DNA from: Vermamoeba vermiformis
Lineage: Eukaryota
Reading direction: 5' to 3'
DNA length: 64,000 bases
NCBI GenBank assembly: GCA_045837725.1
Contig: JBEWZL010000302.1
Coordinates: forward strand, 372,001-436,000
Shown: piece by piece, positions 12,773-25,611 of the stretch
How positions within the stretch are numbered: the first letter of the stretch is position 1
Layout: each line of letters starts with the position of its first letter
Notes under the pieces: model-generated
Told to the model about the DNA's origin: nothing
The model's input: the letters and a program-made list of their open reading frames with translations, nothing else
Databases searched by the model: none
Position numbers and translations under genes: made by a program

Positions 12773-13471
12773 ATGCAAAAGCTTACCATTGCTATTCTCG
12801 TATTGTTCTGCGTCTCTGTCTCTATGGCAGGCAAGCACGCTCTTGTTGGCAAGTGGGTCGGTCCCATTCAAGAGTAAGCCTAAACACAATCTGACCCGTG
12901 TCAATTAATTTTATGCTTATTTTTATCTTTTAATCATACAATTAATTATGTCAATTAATTTTATATCAATACAAATTGCCCGTGCACTCACCAGACGAAA
13001 TCAAAAGTAAATCTAATTGCTTTATTAAGCCACAACAAGGACAAGCTCTACACCTTCCACTTCTACGAAGTTCCCTTCCACAGCCACCGTCGCTTGATGT
13101 TGCACGTTATTCCTCCTGATACTACTGGTCCTGAAGTCTGGGCTCATGTTACCAAAACAGATTTCGCAGTTCGCCCTCACGACATTGACTTGCGCGCCAT
13201 TAACGGTACTCACGATGGCAAACACTCTTTCGGTCTTTTCGAGTTGCACTCTGCACACAATCACAAGGCTATGCGCTTGGGTAAGTCAAAGTGTCAAATT
13301 AGTTCACGAAAATTTCTGCTTGATCTGCTTCGGAAGTTCAAAATTTCGCAATTAATCGTGCCTAATATATCATATAACATAGCTTTGAATCCTTTTGGTG
13401 ATGACAAACGCCCTGAAGGTTTCGACAAGGGTACTAAGGCCACCGTCTGGGACTTGAAGAAGCACGCTTAA
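12773..13471 (+). CDS. Secreted small protein, TIGR03067-like beta-barrel domain; 3 exons
   Basis: Signal peptide MQKLTIAILVLFCVSVSMA; LVGKW..PHDIDLRAINGTHDGKHSFGLFEL..RPEGF..WDLKK. Confidence 0.65.
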
Positions 13472-13734
13472 ACGTATCTAATAACTAAGTAGTAATTCGT
13501 GTACGATTGCTACTGTTGCAAGTTTAGAGCTAGATTAATAAACTCGTTATTAGATGTCGCACCATCGATCGTACTCAACTTGGGTAGGAGGACACCGCAG
13601 CGCAATCATGCGTTGTCCATTACAGTTATTAGTTTAATTGGTACTTCAGTATTGTCGTTGTGGATCCTCTGTGATTTGGAGGATTTTGACTTTGAATTTA
13701 ATTATTTTTTTGGTGTCACTACCAAGAAAGCAAC

Positions 13735-16700
13735 ATGGCAGAGGAAAATACGCAAATTAATAGCAAAAAAAGAAAACTAGACGACGATGCCGATGAAGTA
13801 CATCAACCATTCACCAAAAAGAGGAAGATCGCGTTTGATCTGGAAACAAATCTCGTTCTTCCACAAGAAATAATGATTGATATTATGGAATCTCTCGATC
13901 CCGTGGATTTAAAGACGTGCTCAGAGGTTTGCAAATATTGGATGACATGCTCGTTAGAAATTCTTGGCTGGACGTACATTGGCTCGTTAACCGTTCCTTA
14001 CATTAATATCGAGAATAACTATAAAGATAAAGTGGACAAATTATTTCCTGCAGGACAGCCTGCTGAAGCAAACACAAAACAAGGTAATTTTGGCGGCAGT
14101 ACTAAAATCCAAAACAAATTCTAATAATTTTTATCGTAGTCAGTGTGCAACTGCAAGTAAAGTGGCGCAAAGGCACTCATTATTCTGATGGTAAGGGAAG
14201 CGTCGTTACTTCGCCTAGCTAATTCAAAAATAGCTCTTGTTTCGGACGGATCAGGAGAGCTTGTGACGGCTTGGGCAAGGTCTTTCTACCATGCACGCGA
14301 CAGACGCAGATACCTAGCAAAAAATGAGTTCGAAGAGGACTGCTTTGGTTGTTTTCCGAATTTCCCCTCGCATCCAGGTTGGCGCACTGACGCTAACCTT
14401 GCTAGACAATTTAATACTCATTGGAATGGAGCTCCGTTCTATCAGTACCATATGACGTTCAAGATCTATGTCAACGCAAAAATGTAAGCATAATACTGGC
14501 GGTAGACCATATTAACCGTCGTAGGTTTCAACGTGCCATTTACTCGGGAGAAGAATTCCCGGGTGTCAACTTGGTTTTCAAATACGGTGTCAAGCCTGAA
14601 GTTGACAGAGTACTTAACAAAGAGTATGAAACAATTGCCGAATTACCAAAAGCAATGTTTCCTTACGTAAGAGAGATTTGGTTTCTTCACCGTATTGTAC
14701 TAAAAACAGCGATAGTTGCCACCAAAGATGGAGCCACCAAAAGGACTGAAAGAAGGGTTCAAATTCCATCGCTATCAACTCGATGCCATCAGTTGGATGA
14801 AGTCGATTGAAAACAATGTAGACAAAGAATTCAAGTACTGTGATCTTGTACCGTGGAGAGCATCGCGGACGAGTTTATTGTTCGATTTGCACAACGAGAA
14901 GATTGTGCTGCCAGACAAAGCAGACGAATACATTGGCTCGCTAAAGTCGAAAGGAGGAGTGCTGGCTGATGTTGTTGGGCTCGGCAAGACTGTCGAATGT
15001 AAGCGACATCGCACACTACATGTAGTTCTAACTTTGCCTTATCCCTAGTGATCGGTCTGACTTTGACAACTCAAGTCGAGAAGCTTCCTGAGTTCGATGA
15101 GAACGGATTGTTCAACACAAAAGCATCGTTAGGTAAGTCAGTGGTGAGCTTTAATCTTTTTTACCTTCATTGTTAATGACACTTTCATAGTTATTTGTCC
15201 GAACCATCTTGCGATGCAATGGAGTCAAGAGGTGTCAAAGTACACGGACCTCAAAGTGTCAATGATCACGACATCTGACGACCTCAAATCGACAACATAC
15301 GGCGATATTGTCAACTCAGGTACATTCGAATTGAAGAGTTATATGTGCGCTCATCTGACTTGTACTAGGCATCGTGATTATGACGTCACAAATATTCAAG
15401 AACAAGAACTATTTTGCTCTTGGCTGTGGCAAGAAGAAGGTGGCAATAAGCATTCCAGGGCTAGAAAAACGAGGTGCTTTGATTGCTGATCATCTGAATG
15501 TACGTAAATCTCCGGGACCCGCGCGTTATGTTATACTAATAATTTGTAGGAACTAAAAAAAAGCCCAAAGTTGGAGACCGTAGGGCCAATAATGGAGCAC
15601 TTTCACTTCAAGCGAATTATTATCGATGAGGCCCACGAGGTCTTGAAGGATACATTCACGACAGGTACTATTTTCCCTCGCTCCTAACGTGTACTGACTT
15701 GATATAACTAGGTTGCATTGTCAAATTAAAGAAAGATTTCGGATGGTACGTCAGTGCAACTCCATTCCCGTCAGAGTAAGTATCGTGTATTGAAATACGA
15801 ATGATGATTAATGTTTTCGAATCAGCCTGCTGTTTGGCCCGGCAAAGAAGTTCCTTGAGATTTGGGAGCCTAATTATGAGTCAGAAAAGAAGCTTGGCGA
15901 TGAGTACGAAGAGTACGTCGAAAATGACATTATCGTGTCAAATCTTCTGTGGCGCAACACGAAAGAGAGCATTAATGAGGAGTATACCGTGCCGGATTAT
16001 GAGGAAGAACTCGTTTTGCCTGAATTTCATCCGATTGAAGCTGTTTTGCACAAGTGTACGTCGAAATGAGAAAAGGTACTGGCCTTACTAATGTCTATTC
16101 GTCTAGACGGCAAACATAACGAAAACCTTCGCTTGTGCTGTGGTCTGATGAACAGTCCAGTGGGCCACGACAACACACCCGTTAAAGGTCTTACATTTGA
16201 CGCTCTCAAGGACTGGTGGATTGCGGAGTTAAAGGTACCTCAGCGCGGTTAATCTATCAATTAGGCACGACTGATTGGACATATTTAGCGATCAATTAAT
16301 GCCATGGCGGAGAAGCGCAAGATGTTTGGAGAGAGTTGGCACTGGTCAAAGGAGGCGCAGGCTGAGCTTGAAGCAAAGAAAAAAGCGTTCGAGACCACTG
16401 TAAGCATTTAGACGTTGTTTTCGTGAGCAGTTTCTAATGTGCGTTTAGCCTTACGTCATTAAGGGCAAGAAGTTAAAGGCCGATGAAGTTACCTACATGG
16501 AGCGCGTTAATGATTACGGCACTAAATGCGCCAAGTTGATCCAATGGCTCTCGGACACCATCGCTGAGAATGCTTCGAACAGATTCATTTTGTTCTCAAA
16601 AGTACGGCAATTAGTCCTGTATATGTTCTAATTACGTATTTGTAGTACAACGATTATCTGTACAAGATCAGCAATCGACTTCGCAAAGCTGGTATTGAAA

Positions 16701-17194
16701 ACGTTGTGATTGCAGGGTACGTCAAATTTGCATGCATGAATAAAACTGACGCGTGTGCAGCAATGTCATCACCAAGTCCAAGGCACTCAAACAGTTCCGC
16801 GAAGAAGATGTCAAAGTGGTCCTGCTCAGTCTGGAGCGATCGGCATCGGGAATGAACTTGATCGAAGCCAACTACGTCGTGCTTCTCGATCCGATGGACG
16901 GCACGGTGGAAGAAGCACGTGCATATGAGGTTCAAGCCTTGGGTCGTGCGCACAGACAAGGACAAGATCAAAAAGTGACTCTGGTACGCTTTGTGATCCA
17001 GGACAGTGTCGAAGAAGAGCTTTATTTGCGCAACAAGTCGTCAGGACGAGGTAACAACAGATAATTACATATCTAGTAATTGACGCGACAATAACCAATT
17101 TATTTCAGAAAACTTAAAGCGCAGTGCAAGCACGAAGCAGTTGCTCGCCAAATCAAACAGTGCAGCGTCACTGCGCGATCTCTTATCAAATTGA
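13735..17194 (+). CDS. F-box + SNF2-family (Rad5/16-like) ATPase, copy 1; multi-exon
   Basis: F-box LPQEIMIDIMESLDPVDLKTCSEVCKYW; YQLDAISWM; GGVLADVVGLGKT; ICPNHL; IIIDEAHE; SATP; SGMNLIEAN; QALGRAHRQGQ. Confidence 0.9.
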
Positions 17195-17348
17195 GCTCAA
17201 GAAATAAACGAGTCAAGGCCTCAAGAGTTTTAGGAATATATCGTTTACTGCGTTGTGTCACAAATTGGAGTTATTCCGCTTGTCAATCACGCTGCCAAAA
17301 AATATCATTTAATTTTTTTCTTCGAAAGAGAGCAACAAAGCACAGACA

Positions 17349-20300
17349 ATGGAGCGTGCTAACAAAAAAAGAAAGGCCTTTCTGGATGAAGGTGCAGATG
17401 TTCAACCGTCGGCTAAAAAGCGGAAGATTACGGTTGATCTGGTGGAGACGAAAAGATTTGATCCAGTTCTTCCTCCTGAAATAATGATAGAAATCATGGA
17501 ATATTTGGTTTCCAGCGACATAGAATCATGCGCTTTGGTTTGCAAGTATTGGTTGGCTTGTTCGCGTGAAGTACAGAGTTGGATCTTGGTTGGCTCAGAA
17601 GCTTGGACCGCAAAGATTCAAGAAAATTACAGCAACAAAGTTGACGATTTATTCTCTCCCTTGAGTTGCATGGTAGATCTGTTGGAGAGAGCAGACAAGC
17701 CACAAAAACAAGGTAATTTTTCTTAGAAATTAAATATTCGCTAACACAAACACCTTTCAGTTGGTTCGCGTTTGAACATAAAATGGCATCCCCGCAACTT
17801 GGAACAACATACTGGTACGAATTACGACTCTAGCGCAGATGAATGTTCTTATGTTGCATTTTAGTGGCCAGCTAGCTTCTTGGACGACAAAGGGGAAGTT
17901 GTTACTTGCACGGACATATTTCCGATGGACGGCGCTTGGTACCAGAGAGGGTTTGTCTACAATTACTTCAAAAGTTTCAAGGACGAGATTCCAGTCGATT
18001 ACACTGGTTATCGCGTCGAATTCTACATTGCTCGAAATCCCAATTGTTGGTCGGACAAGTACATACTTACTAGAATCTACGCGAATACAAAGACGTATGT
18101 TTGATGCTGCTACGATAATATCTAATCCGTTCAGTCTTCAAAACATGGTGTATTCTGATAAAGAATTCCCGCTAACTGAGCACATTGTCAAGAACCACGT
18201 GAACCGCGAGGTTGATAAACTACTCGAAAGGGAGTACGACAGAATTGCTGCTTTGGAAAAGCCTGTATTGCCTGAGGTAAGATGACCCGTACATGGACAA
18301 CGCGCTGACGCGTCTGCTGATAGCTGTCAAAGATCGAACAAATAGAACTGAAAAATGGACTGAAATTTCACGAGTACCAGCTCAATGCCATCAGTTGGAT
18401 GAAGAGAATGGAGAGCACTGATCACGGTAAGAGCGTGTTGTTGATTCGTATGATCGTTGCAATGCTGACAACTACAAGTGTATCAATACAACAAGCTGGT
18501 TCGCTGGAACAGGTCCAAAACGAATGTGTTGTTTGATCTGCACTATAGCAAGGCTGTGAAACCACAGCAAGCAAACGCGAGTGCATACGTTGAAACATTG
18601 AAGTCAAAAGGAGCAGTATTGGCGGACGAATCCGGCCTTGGCAAGACAGTCGAAGGTAAGAGTTGAGTCGAATCTACGGTGCTATCTGACTCTATTCTGA
18701 CAGTGATTGGTTTGATATTATCTTCGCCATCTGAACAACTGCCCGAGTTCGATGAGAACGGATTGTTCAATACGAAGGCATCTTTAGGTAAGTCTGTAGT
18801 GAGATTTACTTTTTACTTTGTTAATGACACGTTCATAGTTATCTGTCCGAATCATCTCGCCATGCAGTGGAGTCAAGAGGTGTCAAAGTACACGGACCTC
18901 AAGGTGTCCATGCTTTCTTTTCAGAGGGACCTTAAGACAGTCACATACAACGACATAATCGACTCTGGTAAATCACTGTAACACGTAGCTTCTACAGTGC
19001 TAACACATTGTAGATGTTGTAATTATGACGTCGCAAATGTTCAAGGATAGAAACTATCTCTCGCTAGGCTGTGGCGAGACAAAATTCAACTCCAGCATTC
19101 AAAACCTTGAAAAACGAAAAAAATTAATTAATGAACGGTTGAAGGTTAGTTTTGCCTATGCATGTTGAGCAAGAGCACTAACGGTCTTCACAGGAGCTGA
19201 AGAAAGAGCGGTCTAGACTTTCAACTGTCGGGCCTGTGTTGGAGCACTTCCATTTCAAACGAATCATTGTTGACGAGGCTCACGAAGTGTTGAGTGAAAA
19301 TTTGGTTGATCGTAAGTACTAAAAATGATATTGTCTGAGTACTCACAGTACTAGTGTGCATTTACGCACTTACAAAAACATTCGCTTGGTACGTGAGCTC
19401 CACTCCGTTCCCTTTGCGGTAAGTAAAACCGGAGAGTTCCATCACATTGCTGTATTTATCTTCAAAGTTTTTCTTTCGACCCTGCAAAGAAATTGTTCGA
19501 GATTTGGAAGCCAGACTGCCGGTATCAGAGCATTTCAACTGCTTCAAAATACGACCAGTACTTGGAAGATACCACCATTGTGTCAAACCTTTTGTGGCGT
19601 AACACCAAGGAGAGTGTCAAACAAGAGTATCAAGTGCCGGTCTTTGCGGAGGAAATTATCAAGCCAAAGTTTCATCCAATCGAAGCTCTATTACACGAAT
19701 GTAATGTCCTTCACGCCGAGTGTTATTAGTATTTGCAAATACTAATAATCTTATTTTAGATGCTACTTCTGATGAGGACAAACGCCGACTGTGCAATGGC
19801 TCGCTGAATATTCTGCCGAAATCAGCAAAAAATGCGACACTCGACGATCTCAAAGACTGGTGGATTGCCGATCTTAAGGTACGTTTGAATGCGGAATGTG
19901 AAAGTGTTCCGGTCAACTAACGCCATTCTTGCAGCGGAAAATCCAATTGTTGCGAGACAGGCGTGCAGTGTACGGGAAGAAATGGTCTGTGGACACTGAA
20001 GCCGAGCATGAACGGCACATTAAAGTGCTCTTGGACGCAGTAAGTTGTCGAACAGAAGTAATGAAAATAATTAAATTTAATTATGTCGCACTAGCCTTAC
20101 GTGGTCAAGAACATGAAGTTAAAAGGAAAGAAACTAAAGCACGCGCTCCGTGTGAACCAGTACGGCACTAAATGCACTGAATTGATGACGTGGATGTCCG
20201 ACGCTGTTACTACTAGCTCATCGAACAGATTTGCGTTGTTCTCCGCGGTATTATTAATTCATAATATTTTCAAACCTGTCGCTGAACTTTTGTTTGTAGG

Positions 20301-20784
20301 ACAACGATTATCTGCACAAATTAGGAGCTCGACTGCGGGATGAAGGCTTTATGAATGTTATCATTGCAGGGTACGATTGTACAGTATATTGGTAGAAATT
20401 AGCTAATACGGCTTGCAGTAACATTGTCCAAAAGTCAAACGCTTTGAAGCAATTCCGCGAACAGAATATCACTGTGGCACTGTTAAACTCGGGCGAAGTG
20501 AATTCGGGCATGAAGCTCCACGTTAACTATGTTGTGCTGCTCGATCCAGTAATACTGCATTATTGGAGGTACAAGAAGGAAGACGAGCGAGCTTGCGAGA
20601 TCCGGGCATTAGGTCTCGCACATCATCAAAAAGTGGCTCTAGTACGCTTTGTCATTCAAGAAAGCATCGAAGAAAAGCTTTTTGTACAGTACAAGAGTGC
20701 TTTGGAAGGAGGTAAACAAGATCAATTGTATTGGTCAACACTGTTGCTAATTTTTGTTTTAAAGGAAGCGATGAAGATAGCTAA
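17349..20784 (+). CDS. F-box + SNF2-family ATPase, tandem paralog (copy 2) with degenerate motifs V/VI; multi-exon
   Basis: F-box LPPEIMIEIMEYL..CALVCKYW; LADESGLGKT; IIVDEAHE; motif VI reads IRALGLAHHQ; largely matching intron positions to copy 1. Confidence 0.87.
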
Positions 20785-20881
20785 GTTCAAACGTCAAACT
20801 AGCATTCTGTATATTACAAATATGTTTTCTGTTACCAGCCGGTCTATTCTACATGAATCATAGTAATTAAATGTCTTATTA

Positions 20882-23495
20882 TTACTGCTCATCGCCGTCA
20901 TTCCATTCTTTTTGTTCTTGATCACTGATTCTGGGTTCTTCGCGGTACTCGATGTCTCCGCTGCCCCAACTGCCCCGACCCTGACCTTCACTGAGGATCG
21001 AATGCTCGCGCACCTCTGGCCAATCATCGCTGTTTGCTTTGGGCCAGGTGTAATTGGTGTCCGTTTGGCCCCAATTGCTGTCTGGTACAGCCCAACTGTC
21101 CTCTGTTACGGGCCAAGTGTCCTCTGTTTGAGTCCTATCGTTGTCTGTTTGGCCCCAACTGTCCTCTGTTCTTTTAGGGTTAGCCCTATTGTATTCTGTT
21201 CGAGTCCAACTGTCGTTTGTGCGGCCCCGATTACCTCGACTACGGCCACGGTACGGAACTCTGTTAGATCTACGAGGAGGTCTGCCCTCAGAAAAGCTGC
21301 GGTCGTTCTCATCCTCGTCGTCCTCATTCGTGTTGTTGTTCGCTGAGTCACTTGGCGGCGGAATAATCGGCTGTTCTTCCGAGGACTCTGAGTCAGAAGA
21401 GCTGTCGGAGTGAATATTTTCGGCCAAAACCCCATAAAAATCATCGTTCACGGGCGTGGCGAATTCTTCGGGGTGTTCCTCTCGATATTTCTGCCAGTTC
21501 CTTTCTTCTTCTTCAGCTCGTTTGGCTTGTAGCTCTTTTTCCTGGAAAAATTCGAGTTAGTCGATAAGCACGACCTCGTTTACTATCACTATTCTTATGA
21601 ATATATTAGGTATATACCTCTTCCAATAATCGAGCACATTCGGCTTGCAATTGCTTCAATTCTTCTGCGTCCTTCAGTTCCTGTTCTTTGCTTCGTTTTC
21701 TGAAGTCAAACAACACGACCTCATTCGTGGCCAGCACCGCAAAGAAATCTTCGTTCATGGCAATGTCTTGCGTCCATCCTCGCGACACATCGCTCCATTC
21801 TGTCGTTCTCGTCATTAGCATTTTTTCACGTTCGCTGTGCAGAACTTACCCAGCGTGCCAATCAAGGCCTGTTTCTGCACGTCAATTAAGAAGGCCGTTG
21901 ATGAGTCACAAACAATCGCTTTTTCACCGTCCATTCTGGCCCAGCCCATGTTAGGAGCATGATACAGGGAACGTGCTCGCTTGTCTAACGTAACGGTGAA
22001 CACCGACTCGCCGTCTTTCAGGCTGTAGAAGTGCGTCTTGTCCCCTTTTGAAGCCAACAAGAGGTCTTTGTGCATGGCACACACGGTGAAGGAATCACGC
22101 GGTTCTCCTTCCTGAACGGCATCATCATCGCGCATGTGATACTTGACGTCATGTTTGTTGAGGTCCAGCACAATCACGTGATTCTGATACACTAAGACAC
22201 GTGTCAGCTCGTTGCCATGATGTCCGTAACTACACTGCTGTTGACTTACCGACCGCTGCAGTGTCGTAACTCATGCACAAAGAGTCCCACTCGAGTCGTG
22301 GCAAGTGCGCCTGGTATTCGTCAGGATTGTTCTGCGCGTTGTTAGCAGCCTCCGCGACCTTGAGTTCATGTCGCCACACGCACTGGTTCTTGTCCATGTC
22401 GTGCACTTGTACGACCAATGTGCCGTCATTTTTCACCGTGGCCATCACACATCGCTCGCGTACAAATTGATAGGCTTGAAAGTACTTGATCCGCGCCTCA
22501 TCATCATGTCTAGTATCGAATAAATATTAGTACCGCCATAACGATTGATGTTTGGGTGTAACATACGGATTTACATAGATCCAATCAAATGTCTCGTTAC
22601 TGCCCTCTGCGTCAGATCCTTTGTGTCGCTTCCATCGTTTCAGTGAATTTTCACGTTCAATCAAACAGTACGTCTCGTCCATGCGATAATTGCTCGCGGG
22701 TCCAGTGGGCACTTCGTACTCGCGGATCTTCTCTGCTTTTTCCATGTCCCATTCTTCCATCACATCTATTGTGTGTAGGCGTCAAGTCAAAATAAAAAAT
22801 AAGCGCGGTGAATGATTTATCGTATTGTTATTTCATCAAAAGTGTCAAAAAGATTCGCATGAACGCGACATTTACAATGAAATTTTGCCGTAGAATTTTA
22901 CGGAAAAAGAGAATAGAAGCGATGATAATATAGTAGGTGTCGGTGAACATACCAGCAAGACATCCAGTGTACAATATATTGCTATTGGGGAATGTTTTGG
23001 CGATGTAAAATGTGCCATGTGGATGTCGCATTATTGACAGTTTGTAGTTTCGCTTCATCCAATTTACTTTGCGATTCTGAATACGAGTATGTTATTTAAC
23101 ATAATTATTAAGAGCGGTGACTAGTTAGGTAGTTTTTAATAGTGAAAGAGAGAAATTTGTGAATCAGAATTAATTTGGAATGGCCAATAATCATAAATTA
23201 ATTCAGTACATTATATAATAATAGTTATTAAGGTTGGGATCTAATTATTTCTTTTAAAATAATTAATTCGACTGGGATGAGAAAAATCTTTACTCACGCC
23301 ATAAACTATCTTCAGTGGCTCCTTCTCATTCTGATAGTCATTGAAAAATTTGCGCCATAACAAGTCATTGCTAGCCAATTTTCTCCAATTTTGATTTACC
23401 CCGCTCGATCTTGCCAAATCTGCTGGTTCCAACTCGGAGAGTATCAGCTCGGTGAGTTCCTTGGGCAATAATTTGAATGCGTCTTCGCTAGACAT
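20882..23495 (-). CDS. F-box protein with probable beta-propeller region and Trp-repeat acidic tail; multi-exon
   Basis: LLPKELTELILSELEPADLARSSGVNQNWRKLASNDLLWRKF; WD-like strand ends (EEWDM, VHDM, LFDF); disordered tail. Confidence 0.75.
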
Positions 23496-23656
23496 GTTGG
23501 GACGGGTAGTGTTCCGCTCACAAACTGCTATTTAACTGGGTTGGACTGATAAGATTATTTTGAATGTGACACTGAGAGTGGCAACACGCTTTACAGCAGA
23601 TTAACGCTTCAATAACGATATAATAGGCTGTGCCAAGGAAAACTACTCGCTCAATA

Positions 23657-25382
23657 ATGGCAGAAGTATGCATTAATTTATTTTAGCTACGAAACGGATT
23701 TTAATATCGTACAATAGGAAGATTGGCGGTCAGAATTAGAGCAGAAAATTCTAGAAAATAATAAGCGATCACGCGAAATTCATATCAGCTGCAAAATCGA
23801 TGGCCAAGATTTGTACAATATTTTAGCTAAATTCAAAGGAACCTACAGCCTGCACATCCATAGCGCAGCACAAACTACCAACGCAGAAGGAATTCGAAAG
23901 CTAATTGAACATGATTATATTCATACACTGTATATATTTGCCGATGCAGACGACAAAAATATTTTGCGATTTATTTTGGAAGGCGCAAAAGCAACAACAG
24001 CCTTACGTACCTTGCAATTAGATGGTACCTCTTTTACAAAAGAAGACTATGATATTTTAGATGCAGCGTTAAGCGCGAACAAATCGCTTACAGATCTCCA
24101 GATTTCAGCGCCACTCTTCCACACGTTAAAAATTCACCCAGCCATAGCCGTTTTGGAGATAGCTATCAAAACTCCGAATGATATAGATAATGGAGAGTAT
24201 ATTGACAGAATGTTTGAAGGATTAGAACAAAACAAAACAGTTAAAAGTTTCAAGTTGCTAGATCGGTCAAATTCAGAATATAGAAGTATCCTTCGTTTGA
24301 ATGATAAGAACTGCTTTGCGATGGGAAGATGCTTATCAAATAATTCTACAATAGAAGATTTCAACATAACAGTCAAGGTAGAAAATGAAGTTGGATGCGA
24401 GTACCTTGCTGACGGATTCGCAAAAAACAAATCAATTTCCAAACTGAAGCTATCAATGCTCTTAAACGACAAGAATACGCATATATTTAAGAGAATTTTT
24501 GTAGAAAACAAAACTATAACGGATCTAGATCTGTTGCACAACGGTCCGTTCAACTTGGGCGAGTTAATTACGGATCAATCTGCTATTAAAATTCTAGGAA
24601 CTAGACATTATGATACACAGTTTTTAAACTACGCGATATCTCCGAACTGCAAGATCGAGAATCTGGCTTTATCCCTGTCGGTTTATCATTCGGAATTGAA
24701 TCCAGATCTGGACGTATTATTGGCCAAAAACAAGTCTATTAAGAAGTTGAGTATTGAAACTGACGCTGTGGAGCATTCAGTGGCATTTTGGGGTGGATTA
24801 TTGAAGAACAATGCGGTAACGCATCTGACAGCCTATTTCGACAAACTCCCTAAATATGCAGCATATCTCCTATTTGAATACTTAAAGAAGAATAGATCCT
24901 TAGTATCGCTCGAGTTAACGTGCAATGGATTCGAAGACTCACCACATCTAAATCGTCAGTTAATTGAAGTACTCAAAACCAACACTACATTAGAAAAATT
25001 ATATATGCCGTATATTAGAGTCACAGAACGGCACGACAAACGACTTGTTGATGTAGTTGAAGCCTTACGAGACAACAAGTCGTTGACGGATGTGAATTGG
25101 ATCTCGCCGTACTACGCCGATTTAGTGGACCAAGTATTAGCCAAGAACGAAGCCCTATTAAATGGAGGATTTTCAGACAAGATGCATCCTACATTAATAA
25201 GAAATCGAGAATTAAGATTGGAACGAATTATTCTTATCTACAATATGGTACGCTGCGAACACCTCATGTCTCTACTGACCCCTGAAATGTGGCTCATAAT
25301 AATTAATAGTGCACGTTTTCCGGGAATCTCCTCGGAGTTAATAGGCAGAATTTTCTACAGCACTGTACGATCCAAAACTTAA
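23657..25382 (+). CDS. RNI-like leucine-rich repeat protein with C-terminal F-box-like motif
   Basis: Repeats LxxNxSLxxLxL (NKSLTDLQI, NSTIEDFNI, NRSLVSLEL, NTTLEKLYM); C-terminal LMSLLTPEMWLIII. Confidence 0.8.
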
Positions 25383-25611
25383 CTTAATAAACAGAACCAA
25401 TTCTGGCTTTGTAATAGATAAACTTTCATTTATATAGTATTATTTAGTCGTAGAATAACTTGTTTTGCAATATAGCGGTTAAGTTCTATCCCATTCGCGG
25501 ATTCGGTCTGTCAAAAAAGAATTCCAATCCAAATCGCTGGATTTCTCGATTTTTAATAATTTTATTTTTAAACAAAAGCCGCTATATTATATATATTATA
25601 ATTTACTCGTA

